A stretch of DNA of 64,000 bases from Macrostomum lignano (lineage: Eukaryota), in NCBI GenBank assembly GCA_002269645.1, contig NIVC01000352.1, forward strand, positions 557,794 to 621,793. The letters are read 5' to 3'. Of the stretch, positions 63,766 to 64,000 are shown one piece after another. The number at the start of each line of letters is the position of its first letter. Within the stretch, counting starts at the first letter, position 1. The position numbers and the translations under genes were made by a program. Under the pieces are notes generated by a model, which made no database searches, was not told the origin of the DNA, and saw only the letters and a program-made list of their open reading frames with translations.

Positions 63766-64000
63766 ATGACGACAAATAACTTTCTTGAAGATTTGGCTAA
63801 CGAACTGGAAATCCCAAACTTTAGAGGAATATTTATGAGGGACACTCTGCCTGATTTTCCTCTAAGAAAGGAATGCGGCATCATGAACTTTGACACACGA
63901 TAAACCAGGATCTCATTGGGTTTGCTGGTGATTGATCCGATCGCAAGCACAAGTGTTATTACTTCGATAGCTATGCGGACGGCAGTACCAGAAGAGCTAA
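63766..64000 (+). pseudogene. Adenain-like cysteine protease (Polinton PRO), N-terminal part, frameshifted and cut by the window end
   Basis: MTTNNFLEDLANELEIPNFRGIFMRDTLP...KECGIMNFD / DKPGSHWVCW / KCYYFDSY, containing the catalytic His and Asp motifs. Confidence 0.85.

Larger units (their letters stand above)
56688..64000 (+). mobile_element. Polinton/Maverick (adintovirus-type) endogenous dsDNA virus, left part, continuing beyond the window
   Basis: PLA2, rve integrase, pX-like protein, protein-primed PolB and adenain protease are co-located within 6.4 kb, without introns. The left boundary is tentative (AGTAG at 56688 followed by 43 bp direct repeats). Capsid and ATPase genes are not in the window. 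Confidence 0.92.

Overview
Eukaryotic (animal) genomic DNA with GC-rich exons, GT-AG introns and very many intronic minisatellites. This style suggests a free-living flatworm such as Macrostomum, which is an inference only. 1-20 kb holds four tightly packed minus-strand genes. In transcription order they are CFAP73/CCDC42-like, a DZANK1-N-terminus-like (Fn3-associated domain) gene, a divergent annexin and polycystin-2 (PKD2). A six-exon NIPSNAP gene (20633-32666, +) sits head-to-head with CFAP73. Its first intron carries a 5.65 kb Mutator-like element with imperfect TIRs, a perfect 8 bp TSD and a leftover transposase exon. From 33 to 54 kb I found no recognisable gene, only minisatellites and MITEs. 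An intronless secreted LRR-like ORF follows (54618-55646). From about 56.7 kb to the window end lies the left part of a Polinton/adintovirus-type endogenous virus: parvovirus-type PLA2, rve integrase, an adenovirus pX-like protein, protein-primed PolB with an endonuclease VII-like insert, and the start of an adenain protease. All five viral genes are interrupted by frameshifts or stops. All exon models were built by hand and are phase-consistent; no database search was run.
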